From positions 1 to 64,000 of IMG/VR virus record IMGVR_UViG_3300045771_000049: 64,000 bases of DNA, one strand, 5' to 3'. The notes under the pieces are model-generated. The model saw nothing but the letters and a program-made list of their open reading frames with translations, had not been told where the DNA came from and did no database searches. Both the position numbers and the translations under genes were made by a program. Below are positions 18,598 through 27,313 of this stretch, piece after piece (position 1 is the first letter of the stretch; each line of letters begins with the position of its first letter). The stretch comes from a virus (Duplodnaviria; Caudoviricetes).

Positions 18598-18671
18598 GGT
18601 CCGTTGGCAGAGTGGTTATGTGTAGGACTGCAAATCCTACCACGAAGGTTCGATTCCTTCACGGACCTCCA
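18598..18671 (+). tRNA. tRNA-Cys(GCA)
   Basis: TAGGA-CTGCAAA-TCCTA, GGTTCGATTCC, T-CCA end. Confidence 0.93.
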
Positions 18672-18683
18672 ATCATCGCATGG

Positions 18684-19001
18684 CTAGACCATCAACAGCA
18701 CCACCCAAATGATTTTACAGACCACGTGAATGCCTTGGTCAGTCCGCACACTGATCTTGCGTTCACATTTCGCCCAATCGGTGAGCCAATGTGCGATGCA
18801 TTCGGCCGCGCCCAAGATACCCGAGCCGGTGATCCAAGCGACGATCAGACCATGGCTCGAAGCATGCACAGTCATTCCAAACTGCCATGGCAACATGCTG
18901 CGATTGTGATACTTATTTTTGAGACGCGAAAGCTTCAACCCACGTTGGAGTGGATGGTCCGCGATCGCGTGACCGATAAGCAGTAGCAGAAATGTCACCA
19001 T
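18684..19001 (-). CDS. DUF3307-like membrane protein
   Basis: GHAIADHPLQ, HWLTDWAK, DQGIH. Confidence 0.75.
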   Translation of the reverse strand: MVTFLLLLIGHAIADHPLQRGLKLSRLKNKYHNRSMLPWQFGMTVHASSHGLIVAWITGSGILGAAECIAHWLTDWAKCERKISVRTDQGIHVVCKIIWVVLLMV

Positions 19002-19010
19002 TCAGGTGTT

Positions 19011-19200
19011 TGTATAGTAGCCTCAGATGAAACTGATCAATGCTTTTTTCGACGAAGTGGCTCACTTTTTGTAGCCTGCACCACAAGGCTGGTAATCGGG
19101 TCCTCGATGTTGTCGTAGCCTTTGCAGACTGAACTCCATGCCGCCCACTTGCACGCATTCACGTTTTTGTAGCCTTTTTCGGTTTTCGTAGCTTGCGGCT
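19011..19200 (-). repeat. Three clear and two weaker degenerate CRISPR-repeat-like units
   Basis: + strand GTAGC-hairpin units with tails at 19011, 19065, 19109, 19163, 19182; e.g. minus AGTCT-GCAA-AGGCT-ACGACAAC. Confidence 0.65.
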
Positions 19201-19267
19201 TTCGGTTGGGATCGTGATGTGCCCTGATGGCCTCAACAGCGTATAAGAATACCGAGGTACGTTCAAG

Positions 19268-19567
19268 AGGCAGCGGGTTTGGTCAGCGTCTCAGGTGATA
19301 TAACCATAATATCGTTACGCCTGTGACGCCTGAACTTGCTGGCTTGCCGCTCAATCTGTGCCTTTAACAAATGTTCGATGATCGCCCATAACAGAAGATT
19401 TTAACAGGTGAATTATGGTTGACTTTTTCTTCGAAGGAACTGAATATGGCAAGCGTTTGGCTATTCCATGTTCAGCAACTCCACCCCGGCGAGTTCCAGC
19501 ACGCCTATCACAGCGATCCCGCTGCCTACCTAACCCCTCCTCAGACGGTCCCCTTCGGGGGACCGTG
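19268..19567 (+). ncRNA. Candidate structured RNA with pseudoknot, unknown class
   Basis: Helices 19268-77/19518-27, 19286-95/19320-29, 19332-42/19486-96, 19343-48/19448-53; loop 19302-08 pairs with 19414-20; cUUCGg hairpin at about 19545-66. Confidence 0.55.
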
Positions 19568-19654
19568 CAGGACGACCCATAATGATCAAGCTGCGCATTC
19601 TGATTCTCACCAATCTGGCTCGTCACCTTCAGGTCTATTTAGCATGATGGGATT

Positions 19655-19707
19655 AGCGCCATTCATCCGCGAGGCTAAAGACCTCGCGGTTTTCTGGCGC
19701 GTTCTTG
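19655..19707 (-). mobile_element. Orphan IS200/IS605 left-end remnant
   Basis: GCGCCATTCATCCGCGAGGCTAAAGACCTCGCGGTTTTCTGGCGC closely matches the reverse complement of the IS end at about 42362-42407, with compensatory stem changes. Confidence 0.75.
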
Positions 19708-19718
19708 ATAAATAAGCC

Positions 19719-20168
19719 ATGCTGATAGAAAGTCTTTTTCGAGAGGATACGCCGGTTCGCGCACCGGCCGGTTTCGATCTAAAACTGTATCACGGGACGG
19801 ACAAGGTATTCACCGAGTTTCTTCCGTTCAGTCATTTTGGCACCGAAGCGCAGGCTCAGATGCGGAATTCCAAGCAGATCATTCCGGTGTACGTTCGAGG
19901 CACCAAATTTAAGCGGTTGCGCGATATCGGTTCTTGGTCAAAAGCCAAAATGGCGCAGATGCGGGCATTGGCTCGCCAGGGCTATGACGGCGTGATCTAT
20001 TTGAATCGGTATGAAGGCATCCCGTTCGAAACTTTCCAGGCCGCCTATAAACAGGTTCCGCTGGATCGTCTTGATCGCCTGTCGGATAGCCAATTTAAAA
20101 AGCTCATCCCCGTAGCCGAGGATTCCTATATTATTTTCGATCCGCGCAACGTCTGCAGAGCCTCTTAG
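19719..20168 (+). CDS. ART-PolyVal-like protein with leader
   Basis: TAAATA-AGCC-ATG; MLIESLFRE; LYHGT..F..F..FSHFGT, GYDGVIY.N.YE, SYIIFDP. Confidence 0.8.
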   Translation: MLIESLFREDTPVRAPAGFDLKLYHGTDKVFTEFLPFSHFGTEAQAQMRNSKQIIPVYVRGTKFKRLRDIGSWSKAKMAQMRALARQGYDGVIYLNRYEGIPFETFQAAYKQVPLDRLDRLSDSQFKKLIPVAEDSYIIFDPRNVCRAS

Positions 20169-20231
20169 TCGTGGGCGTCCGGCGATAAATATCGCCATGA
20201 ACAACGCGGTAGCGAATTTGAGGCGATCCAC

Positions 20232-20816
20232 ATGACCGACCCAACCATTTACGTCGGCGGCTACATCAGGACCGCGCCGGTCCTGCCAATTCATCCAAGT
20301 TGCGCGATTTTGGCAGCCTATCTACCGGGTTATGTCGATGTCTATATCGGCGGCGCACTCCAAGCGCTCGCGACAGTCACGGCAACGGATGGCGCCACGA
20401 TCGGTCTTTCCCCGGCGTTGCTTTGGCTGGACACGGCCTCGCTTTTCCTCGGGATGTCCATCGCTGGTCAAACGCAGGTCATGACCCCGATGGGCGCGAT
20501 TACGACGATTTCCTTGAACGGCGTGATCACCACCGCGTACACCCTGTCATATTACGCAACAAACTTGCTGCTGGTGACGTTTTCGCCCGGTTTGGAGGCT
20601 GGTCAAATGATCATCGCCGCTGGAACCGTTTATCTCGGCGGGGTGATCGAAGTCATGACATTGAATCCGGTCGGCCCGACCTGGACTACGGGCACTGATG
20701 TTCCCAGCACGACGACAATGCCAGTGGGTTCGCTGTATTCCTGCACCATTGTTGATACACCATTATGGGTGTTTGACGGCACTGCGTGGCACGCAGTCTC
20801 CATCATCACACCGTGA
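20232..20816 (+). CDS. Putative virion structural protein
   Basis: Beta-rich T/G/V composition, PVGSLY...LWVFDGTAW; TAAATA at 20186. Confidence 0.55.
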   Translation: MTDPTIYVGGYIRTAPVLPIHPSCAILAAYLPGYVDVYIGGALQALATVTATDGATIGLSPALLWLDTASLFLGMSIAGQTQVMTPMGAITTISLNGVITTAYTLSYYATNLLLVTFSPGLEAGQMIIAAGTVYLGGVIEVMTLNPVGPTWTTGTDVPSTTTMPVGSLYSCTIVDTPLWVFDGTAWHAVSIITP

Positions 20817-20963
20817 CGATCTTGCCAGCGATCGCTTTGATCCTATTTTGATCGGGTGATCTTCGCAATCCAGATGCTGGCCCTGTTACTCGTCGTCACG
20901 GTGATCATCCCGATGTTGATCACTGCCATCATGGATCGATGGCACATGCGGTCGATCGGCCGT

Positions 20964-21038
20964 TCAGAACCCCCCTCTGAAGACAAGGACTAGTACGAGA
21001 ATCAACAACACCAAACCGAGACCACCACCTAGATACAT
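20964..21038 (-). CDS. 24-aa single-TM peptide MYLGGGLGLVLLILVLVLVFRGGF
   Basis: TAAATA at 21061-66, AGGA SD; below the ORF-track cutoff. Confidence 0.55.
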   Translation of the reverse strand: MYLGGGLGLVLLILVLVLVFRGGF

Positions 21039-21126
21039 TTTGCATATTCCTGTTTGCTGTTATTTAGCGGGGGTCGTAGTCGGGCATCTGGCGTAAATAC
21101 GGTATGACCAACGAAATACGAGGCTG

Positions 21127-21927
21127 ATGCGATATCATGAACTCATAAGGGAAGCGGCTGGTCGGAGCCACATTCGCGCCTATCATGGAACCACGCATGA
21201 TTTTGCGCGGTTTCAGATGAAAGCGGTCGGCAAAGGCGAAGGCTTCCAATCGTTCGGCTACGGTCTGTATTTCGCTGAGAATTACGAGGTCGCCCGGTTC
21301 TATGCCGACAAGATCGGCGCCGCCAAGCCGCCGGACGATCAACATGCCGAGGTGATCTATGAAGTCAACATCGCCGCCAATCTCGATAGTTTTTTGGATT
21401 TGGATGCGAAGCTGACGGATCAATCGCGATATGTGCAGGACGCATTGAGCGAAATCCTCTACATCGACAATGAACCGATGCTGAATGGCAAACGGTTCTA
21501 CGACTGTTTTCCCGAGGTGGCTCCGATCATACGCATCAAAGCCCGACGTGAATGGATGGCAGCACATGGTGATCTCGGGTCGTTTCAGTCGGCGTTGCGA
21601 CAGGTCGTGGCTACGGCCTCAGAGCAAGTCAAGGTATCGGTTGAGACGATTATTGCCGATGTGCGCGCTGCAAACCGGACGACAGCGCAGGTTATCAAGC
21701 CGGGATTGGGATCGCATCTCAGAGACGAGTTGCAGAGTATGACTGGTTCGCCCAAGGCGGTGTCGCAATGGCTGCGGAAACGCGGGATCAATGGGAACAC
21801 ATATTTTGACGAAGGGTCGCGCGGCATTGATCTCGCGCCGGGTCAGCCACCAACGCGTAACTTTGTGGTGTTTGATGCGCGGCAGGTTCGTGTAGTTGGC
21901 AAAACCTATCCCCGAGCAGCTAAATAG
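21127..21927 (+). CDS. ART-PolyVal-like protein with leader
   Basis: MRYHELIRE; AYHGT.HDF..F...GKGEG.QSFGYGLYFAE, GINGNTY, NFVVFD. Confidence 0.82.
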   Translation: MRYHELIREAAGRSHIRAYHGTTHDFARFQMKAVGKGEGFQSFGYGLYFAENYEVARFYADKIGAAKPPDDQHAEVIYEVNIAANLDSFLDLDAKLTDQSRYVQDALSEILYIDNEPMLNGKRFYDCFPEVAPIIRIKARREWMAAHGDLGSFQSALRQVVATASEQVKVSVETIIADVRAANRTTAQVIKPGLGSHLRDELQSMTGSPKAVSQWLRKRGINGNTYFDEGSRGIDLAPGQPPTRNFVVFDARQVRVVGKTYPRAAK

Positions 21928-21932
21928 ACGCC

Positions 21933-22046
21933 ATGCGTTATCATGAAATCATCGGCGAGGCAGAAAGCTCGAAACAGGATAAGGCTGCGCTTGAGGCCGA
22001 GGTCGAGACCCTCCGCGATGCGTTGGAAGCGCGATATCGTCGCTAA
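21933..22046 (+). CDS. 37-aa leader-bearing peptide or truncated cassette
   Basis: TAAATA-GACGCC-ATG; MRYHEIIGE; its stop TAA is part of the next TAAATA. Confidence 0.55.
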   Translation: MRYHEIIGEAESSKQDKAALEAEVETLRDALEARYRR

Positions 22047-22053
22047 ATATGGC

Positions 22054-22998
22054 ATGGTGAATGATTTGAGACGGTGGATGGAGTTGATGGAGGGGGATGA
22101 TCTCTATGCGTCGTCCACATGGGATATTGTTCTCCCGTCGATTTTCTACCGCGCCTCGAAAACCGCGATATCATCGAGCTACCTGACCCGGCTATGGCGT
22201 CACCCGGACGCAGCGTTGCCGAGTACGATCAATCAGTTATTGAATGACGGCACTGTTGATCGGGTATCCGGCCTGAGTTCAAACACGCCATTCAAGATCA
22301 GTCGCACTTACTCGGGGATGAGCAATTGGGGATTTGGTGCGTATTTCGCATCAGACCTTGATTGGGCACGTCGGTATGGGGACTGCGTCACCGCTGTCAG
22401 TGTCGAACCGCAGGCCATCCTGGCGATCCGTGCAGATGATTTTGCCCAACGCGTCACCGGTACTCCTGGCGGAGAATTGCACCGCCGACTTACCGTGAAA
22501 GCCGGTGACCGAATGGCCGACCAAGCCTCGGCGATGGGCGCGGTGGTGCGGGGCATGAAGCGCACCGCTCGGGCGCTCTATGTCGCCACCGAAGCCGAAC
22601 GCGGACAAATCTGCGTGTTTGGCGTGCAAGCCATATATCCACGATTTTATTTCGAAATAAAATCGGGCTTGACGGAAAACGGCGACCGGCGAAAGGGGAA
22701 ATCTCTCCCTGAAACGGGTCACACAGATAAGTTTGTGACGATCTATCGGGCGGTTCTGGCCACCGTGATGGGCTTTCAGCCGATGGATTATGTGACGCTC
22801 AATCGCCGATGGGCCATCGAACATGCCGAGCATGTTGCGGCTGTGGAGGGCGAAAACGCAACGGTCTTGCGCGCCTTGGTTCCGGCCAAGGATGTCTATG
22901 AAGCATACAACCCCGGCGAATACTTCTATGATGGACCTGCGATTACCGGGCGACCGATCACAGGGGCGGGAATGAAGCCATACGTCGCCGAGGGCTAA
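22054..22998 (+). CDS. Tandem ART-like two-domain protein with leader
   Basis: TAAATA-TGGC-ATG; MVNDLRRWMELME; domain 1 FYRA...GFGAYFASD..WARRYG; linker LTE; domain 2 VTIYRAV...DYVTL..WAIEH. Confidence 0.7.
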   Translation: MVNDLRRWMELMEGDDLYASSTWDIVLPSIFYRASKTAISSSYLTRLWRHPDAALPSTINQLLNDGTVDRVSGLSSNTPFKISRTYSGMSNWGFGAYFASDLDWARRYGDCVTAVSVEPQAILAIRADDFAQRVTGTPGGELHRRLTVKAGDRMADQASAMGAVVRGMKRTARALYVATEAERGQICVFGVQAIYPRFYFEIKSGLTENGDRRKGKSLPETGHTDKFVTIYRAVLATVMGFQPMDYVTLNRRWAIEHAEHVAAVEGENATVLRALVPAKDVYEAYNPGEYFYDGPAITGRPITGAGMKPYVAEG

Positions 22999-23044
22999 AG
23001 CTCGCGATCCCGCGAAGAGACCTATTCGTTGCTAAATATGACCT

Positions 23045-23701
23045 ATGCGTTACCGTGAAATTATGGCCGAGACGGAGGATGAAGGTGAACTGACGGCGGT
23101 GCCGTACGACCACATCGATCCTCTCAGCAGAAAGCCTATGGTTAGCTTTCGCATTTTCCGCGATGGCGAGGAAGTGCGCACGATCTACGGCCATCACGTC
23201 AGCACGGCCGAAGAAGCCATTCAAAAATACCATTCCATGGAGGCCTGGGAACGCCGACAGGCAGAAACCCCCGTCACACCTAAGGCGCCTGCGCGGAGAA
23301 TACGGTCACCACGGCCCGACATTCGGGTGTGGATCGTGCCCGCCAAGGTGCGCAAAATGATCGAGGATGGGGATGATGAACCGGATGCCTATCTCTATCA
23401 CGTGACCAGTTGGCCGCGCGCTCGACAGATCATCCAGCAAGGGTTGCTGGTGGACCGAGCCCCGATGTTCTCTAATTATCAATTCAACACGGGATCAAGG
23501 GTCTTTCTCACGGAACGCGACGGGGTGCGTTTCTGGGCATGGAAAATTGAACAACATCTACAGCATAACTTCGATCGGCCGCCGCCCGTCGCAGTTCTTC
23601 GGGTGCATCGCGCTGATGTTGAACATTTGCTTCGCCCTGACGCGGTTGGGACAAAAGATGCCAGAGCATCATGCTATTACATTGAGACGGATTTTAAATA
23701 A
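23045..23701 (+). CDS. ART-like protein with leader
   Basis: TAAATA-TGACCT-ATG; MRYREIMAE; LYHVT...I..QGL, RVFLT. Confidence 0.72.
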   Translation: MRYREIMAETEDEGELTAVPYDHIDPLSRKPMVSFRIFRDGEEVRTIYGHHVSTAEEAIQKYHSMEAWERRQAETPVTPKAPARRIRSPRPDIRVWIVPAKVRKMIEDGDDEPDAYLYHVTSWPRARQIIQQGLLVDRAPMFSNYQFNTGSRVFLTERDGVRFWAWKIEQHLQHNFDRPPPVAVLRVHRADVEHLLRPDAVGTKDARASCYYIETDFK

Positions 23702-23905
23702 CCACGCCCAGACATACCAGTGGACAGTAGGCCGCTTGACGCCAAAATCCGGTCATGTTCCGTGATTCAGAAACCGCTCAAAGCTACATGGAAAACCGTT
23801 TATGGCCGGATGGCCCGCGATGCCCGACATGCGGCACCGGAGACCGGATCGCCACAATCTGGTTCGAAAATCACACGCCTTTCGTGGTAAATAAGGTTAT
23901 GGAAA

Positions 23906-24136
23906 ATGGCATTTGACCGTGAGCTTTATCACCATGGGATCGCCAAACTGGTCAGCCTGTTGCAGACGTTTGGTGAAATGGAAGACTTCGACGTTACCGC
24001 GTGGCTCCTGCGTTGGCTCCATGAGCCGCTACCCGCTTGGGGGGGAGAATGCCCGATTGATCGTATGGGCAGCGCCGAGGGACAGGATCAGATCGCAACA
24101 GTGCTGGCGATGATGCAAAGCGGGTGTTACGCCTAA
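23906..24136 (+). CDS. MbcA/ParS/Xre-type antitoxin toxin-binding domain, orphan
   Basis: WL.EP.PA.GG..P.D.M...EG...I...L..MQSG.YA pattern. Confidence 0.75.
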   Translation: MAFDRELYHHGIAKLVSLLQTFGEMEDFDVTAWLLRWLHEPLPAWGGECPIDRMGSAEGQDQIATVLAMMQSGCYA

Positions 24137-24231
24137 ATCTAGCGTCTCGCCCGGAGTGGATGGGATGGCAGATCGTTGCTAAAGGATGGAAGTCAACAAT
24201 GAAAGATAGGCGGGATCAGTTTGACCCGTAT

Positions 24232-24278
24232 GGTAGTTTGAGCCGCCGTTAATTTGGTTAGTGGTAGCTCAAACTACC
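24232..24278. terminator. Long inverted repeat between convergent genes
   Basis: GGTAGTTTGAGC...GCTCAAACTACC followed by TTTT. Confidence 0.55.
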
Positions 24279-24299
24279 TTTTCGAGAGTCAAAGACAAC

Positions 24300-24569
24300 T
24301 CACCCACATGATCCCATGCACGCCTTCAATTTCGAGCAGCTTGGGATATTGATGTCGTTTCCCGGGCACGGGTAGGTCGCTTGACAATATTTCAGACAAT
24401 CGCTGGTGGCTTGGGCGAGGCGTAATGATTGGTTGATGGGTTGAGCGAGCGGAGAGTTATGCAAAAAACATTGGTAGGTCGAAGCTGGGATTGCGTCCGG
24501 GGGGACAGCGGCAGAGGCGATTCCAGCAACCGACAGAAGCGTTACAGATACCAGGATAATCTGTTTCAT
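24300..24569 (-). CDS. Small secreted Cys-rich protein
   Basis: GGAG SD, signal peptide MKQIILVSVTLLSVAGIASA, six C-terminal Cys. Confidence 0.65.
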   Translation of the reverse strand: MKQIILVSVTLLSVAGIASAAVPPDAIPASTYQCFLHNSPLAQPINQSLRLAQATSDCLKYCQATYPCPGNDINIPSCSKLKACMGSCG

Positions 24570-24781
24570 CGCGTTATCTCCCGTCCATTTTGGTGTGGTT
24601 GAACAGCCAAGGTGCCACCGGCCGATGGTTTTCGATTCATGAAAGATGCGCTGTCGAAGTCAATGTTTCATTTTTCACGTTGTTGTGTTGGCGACAAAAA
24701 CTCGCCCGTCATCGCGATCATGGCTAAATAATTCATGCAAAATGTCCTGAGACGGTGGTTGGCAGAACTGGCGACATCGCA

Positions 24782-25381
24782 ATGAGCAACGAATTACGCC
24801 GCTGGATGACCTTGTGCGAGACCGATGAAGGTGATCCCTTTTTCACTAATTTGGTCGAGAACTGCCGCGCGATTGGCAGATGGTATCAAGGCTGGTTCAT
24901 GCGCTCGTCCGATCAGGAGACCTTGCAACGCACCATTGCTGCGTTTCGGCTGGCCGCCCCACTACAGCGGTTCGTCGGAACGCAGCGCCTGTGGCGTGTG
25001 GTGCCTGCCTCGGCGGTGCAGGGGATGACCCTCGTGCCGACTGACAAGCCGCTCCAATCGTGGTCAGAGACTGAATATGGTGCACGAATGTTTTTCGGGT
25101 CCGAGCTATCGAGCCGGGTGACCGAACCTTATGTGCTGACCGAGGCGGAAATCGACGGGTCTTGGATCGTGTTCTCGAACGCCCATTTGGCCCTGTTGAT
25201 GGATCGGCTGGCCTCGATGAGCGACGATGATGATCGTGCGGCCCGTGCTTGGAATCTCCTGGAGGGAATGGTCCGCCCGCATGAGTACCAGCATGAGGTC
25301 GTAGTGTTATTGCCTGATCTCAGGCCGCTCAAGCTCAGCGCGACGCCCGATGGCATGCTGGGCAAACATCTCGCGCCATAG
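24782..25381 (+). CDS. ART-like protein (R-S-E type) with leader
   Basis: MSNELRRWMTLCE; LWRVV, LQSWSET..GA..F, QHEVVV; preceded by overlapping mini-ORF 24735-24785. Confidence 0.7.
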   Translation: MSNELRRWMTLCETDEGDPFFTNLVENCRAIGRWYQGWFMRSSDQETLQRTIAAFRLAAPLQRFVGTQRLWRVVPASAVQGMTLVPTDKPLQSWSETEYGARMFFGSELSSRVTEPYVLTEAEIDGSWIVFSNAHLALLMDRLASMSDDDDRAARAWNLLEGMVRPHEYQHEVVVLLPDLRPLKLSATPDGMLGKHLAP

Positions 25382-25405
25382 GCGTTCGCCGCCAGCAAAG
25401 CGGTA

Positions 25406-25945
25406 TCACCCAAGGATTTGATAAGTGAAGGTGATGATGCCCGTGCCGTCGCCGCCGCTCAACGGTGAATTCGGACTCCAAAAATTGATCGGGGAATTGC
25501 CGACGATCGCAAAAGGAAAAGATTGAGAATTGATCGCTGAATACGGTAGAGATTGTTGCATTTGGGTTATGGTGCCAGCGAACACAGCATTATCGCCGGT
25601 ATCCACCGAAATCGACTCTCCGTACCATAAACCAGCGCCGCCGCCGTCGCCCGAATAGGCCAGGGTGCCGAATTGTAGCAGATAGGTCACGTTATGAACA
25701 ACATAAACCCGGTTGACCCCAGGAGACGGCAAAATCTCGATCGGCGTGTTTGATGCGTTCAGTTGAGCCGAGGTCAAATATGTGGTGGAGACTAAAATTG
25801 GCGATTCGAGAAGAGTTCCGGGCGTGACGCCATTCTCAACGTAAACCTGTTGCGTTACGCTATCGATCAGCAGCGAACCCGCCGTAGAAACATGACTTGC
25901 CGCATCAGCAATTCGATAGGTGCCAACCAATTCACGAAACGGCAT
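25406..25945 (-). CDS. Putative virion structural protein
   Basis: TAAATA plus AAGGA SD before MPFRE; PIEILPSPG...GGDG...TFTY. Confidence 0.6.
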   Translation of the reverse strand: MPFRELVGTYRIADAASHVSTAGSLLIDSVTQQVYVENGVTPGTLLESPILVSTTYLTSAQLNASNTPIEILPSPGVNRVYVVHNVTYLLQFGTLAYSGDGGGAGLWYGESISVDTGDNAVFAGTITQMQQSLPYSAINSQSFPFAIVGNSPINFWSPNSPLSGGDGTGIITFTYQILG

Positions 25946-26178
25946 CGGGGAGATATCCTTTATTTCCACTATTTAGAATGAGTGACCCTCCGACTTACAA
26001 CACCGACGCTGGGATACGGAATTGTGTCTCGGTAACACCCTTGACGCGGATGTGACCCCGTGATTCCGACTAATAGCGGTATGAAGATGCGTCAGATTCT
26101 CGATCTTATGGAAGGTGTTTACATCAAGACATCGACACGGCGCTGGATGGCATCGGATTTGGTTGCTAAATATGGTCT

Positions 26179-26895
26179 ATGGAAAACGATTTGCGGCAAT
26201 GGATGCGGTTGGTCGAGGGCAACCTTACGCGCGACGAATTTGACGCGGCAGTGGTGCATCGATTCAAGCAGAATGCCAGTGGGTCATTGGTCATTCATCA
26301 CGGCACTGACAGCTACGGTGCGCAAAGCATTCGCGACGAAGGCTTCTTTCGAGCCGGTGCAGACTGGCCGAGTTTCTTTACCACAAATAAGAAAGAAGCA
26401 GAAGATTATGCCCGAATCCGTGCAAAACAGGCGCAGGTCCGAAATCCGGATGCCAAACCAATCGTCATCACCCTAACTGTGCCAAAATATGCAGTGACCA
26501 AAAATGGTGCAGGCGAAATTGAGACGGTTCCTCTGATCCCACTCTACTTTCAGAATGGACGTGGTTACCTGCGGGACGAGGATATAGTTGCTGCGGTTGC
26601 CAAATGGAATCCGGATGATCCTCGCGATAATTATGATGCCTATCAAGCGCAGAGCGGGGATCAAACGTCAGGAGCCTTTGAAGCGCACCGGCAGCATCTT
26701 GACATGGAAGTCCCCCGTATCGGTCCTGACAACAAACCGACAAACGAGATGGTCACCTTGGGATCGATGGGCTTTTTTGAGTTGCTGCGCCTTCATGATT
26801 GGCTCAAGCGCAAGCGCACCCCCCATTACAAGACAATGCGGGATGCAGTCTATGCTCGTGGCATGAAGCTTCAGAACGACCGGTCAAGGGGTTAA
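26179..26895 (+). CDS. ART-like protein with leader
   Basis: TAAATA-TGGTCT-ATG; MENDLRQWMRLVE; IHHGT...I...GF, FFTT...AEDYA. Confidence 0.75.
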   Translation: MENDLRQWMRLVEGNLTRDEFDAAVVHRFKQNASGSLVIHHGTDSYGAQSIRDEGFFRAGADWPSFFTTNKKEAEDYARIRAKQAQVRNPDAKPIVITLTVPKYAVTKNGAGEIETVPLIPLYFQNGRGYLRDEDIVAAVAKWNPDDPRDNYDAYQAQSGDQTSGAFEAHRQHLDMEVPRIGPDNKPTNEMVTLGSMGFFELLRLHDWLKRKRTPHYKTMRDAVYARGMKLQNDRSRG

Positions 26896-27019
26896 CCTCA
26901 TGCCGTATTGTGGAGATGGGAGATTGGTATCACGCACTCGTGATCCACCGACTCACCCGCATATGGCGGCATGATAAAAAACATGGCGATCTGCACGCCA
27001 AATCGGGTAGCTTCCAGCT

Positions 27020-27313
27020 ATGACAAATGAGATCACCGTCAATCTGAACCAGATGTTGCAAGATTTGATCGACGCCTTGCATTTCACAAAAACCACGCCC
27101 AGTTCGACCGAGATCGTCGAAACGCTGGAAGGCAGATTGTATGCCGCGCACGACAGGCTGATCACGCGCTTCGCCGCTGCACGACAAGCGACCGATGTGC
27201 CGGTGGTGGTTCTGCCAGATGATACCTTGACAGAGTTCGACGCCATACGCTGCGATATTTTGCACCATGCGCAATGCTGGCTTGATGATCGACGTTCTGA
27301 TGACGACTGGTGA
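27020..27313 (+). CDS. Hypothetical protein
   Basis: Acidic helical ORF on the cluster strand. Confidence 0.5.
   Translation: MTNEITVNLNQMLQDLIDALHFTKTTPSSTEIVETLEGRLYAAHDRLITRFAAARQATDVPVVVLPDDTLTEFDAIRCDILHHAQCWLDDRRSDDDW

Noticed and set aside
18172-18986. ORF-track calls overlapping the tRNA cluster
   Set aside because: Explained by tRNA genes and the antisense DUF3307 gene.
19351-19715. ORFs of 91 and 98 aa in the structured region
   Set aside because: No recognisable motifs; they run through the RNA helices and the IS end remnant.
21943-22053. ORF-track N-terminal extensions (also at 8957, 24755, 27267, 31483, 36863, 42835)
   Set aside because: Downstream starts are better supported by TAAATA spacing, the leader motif or an SD.
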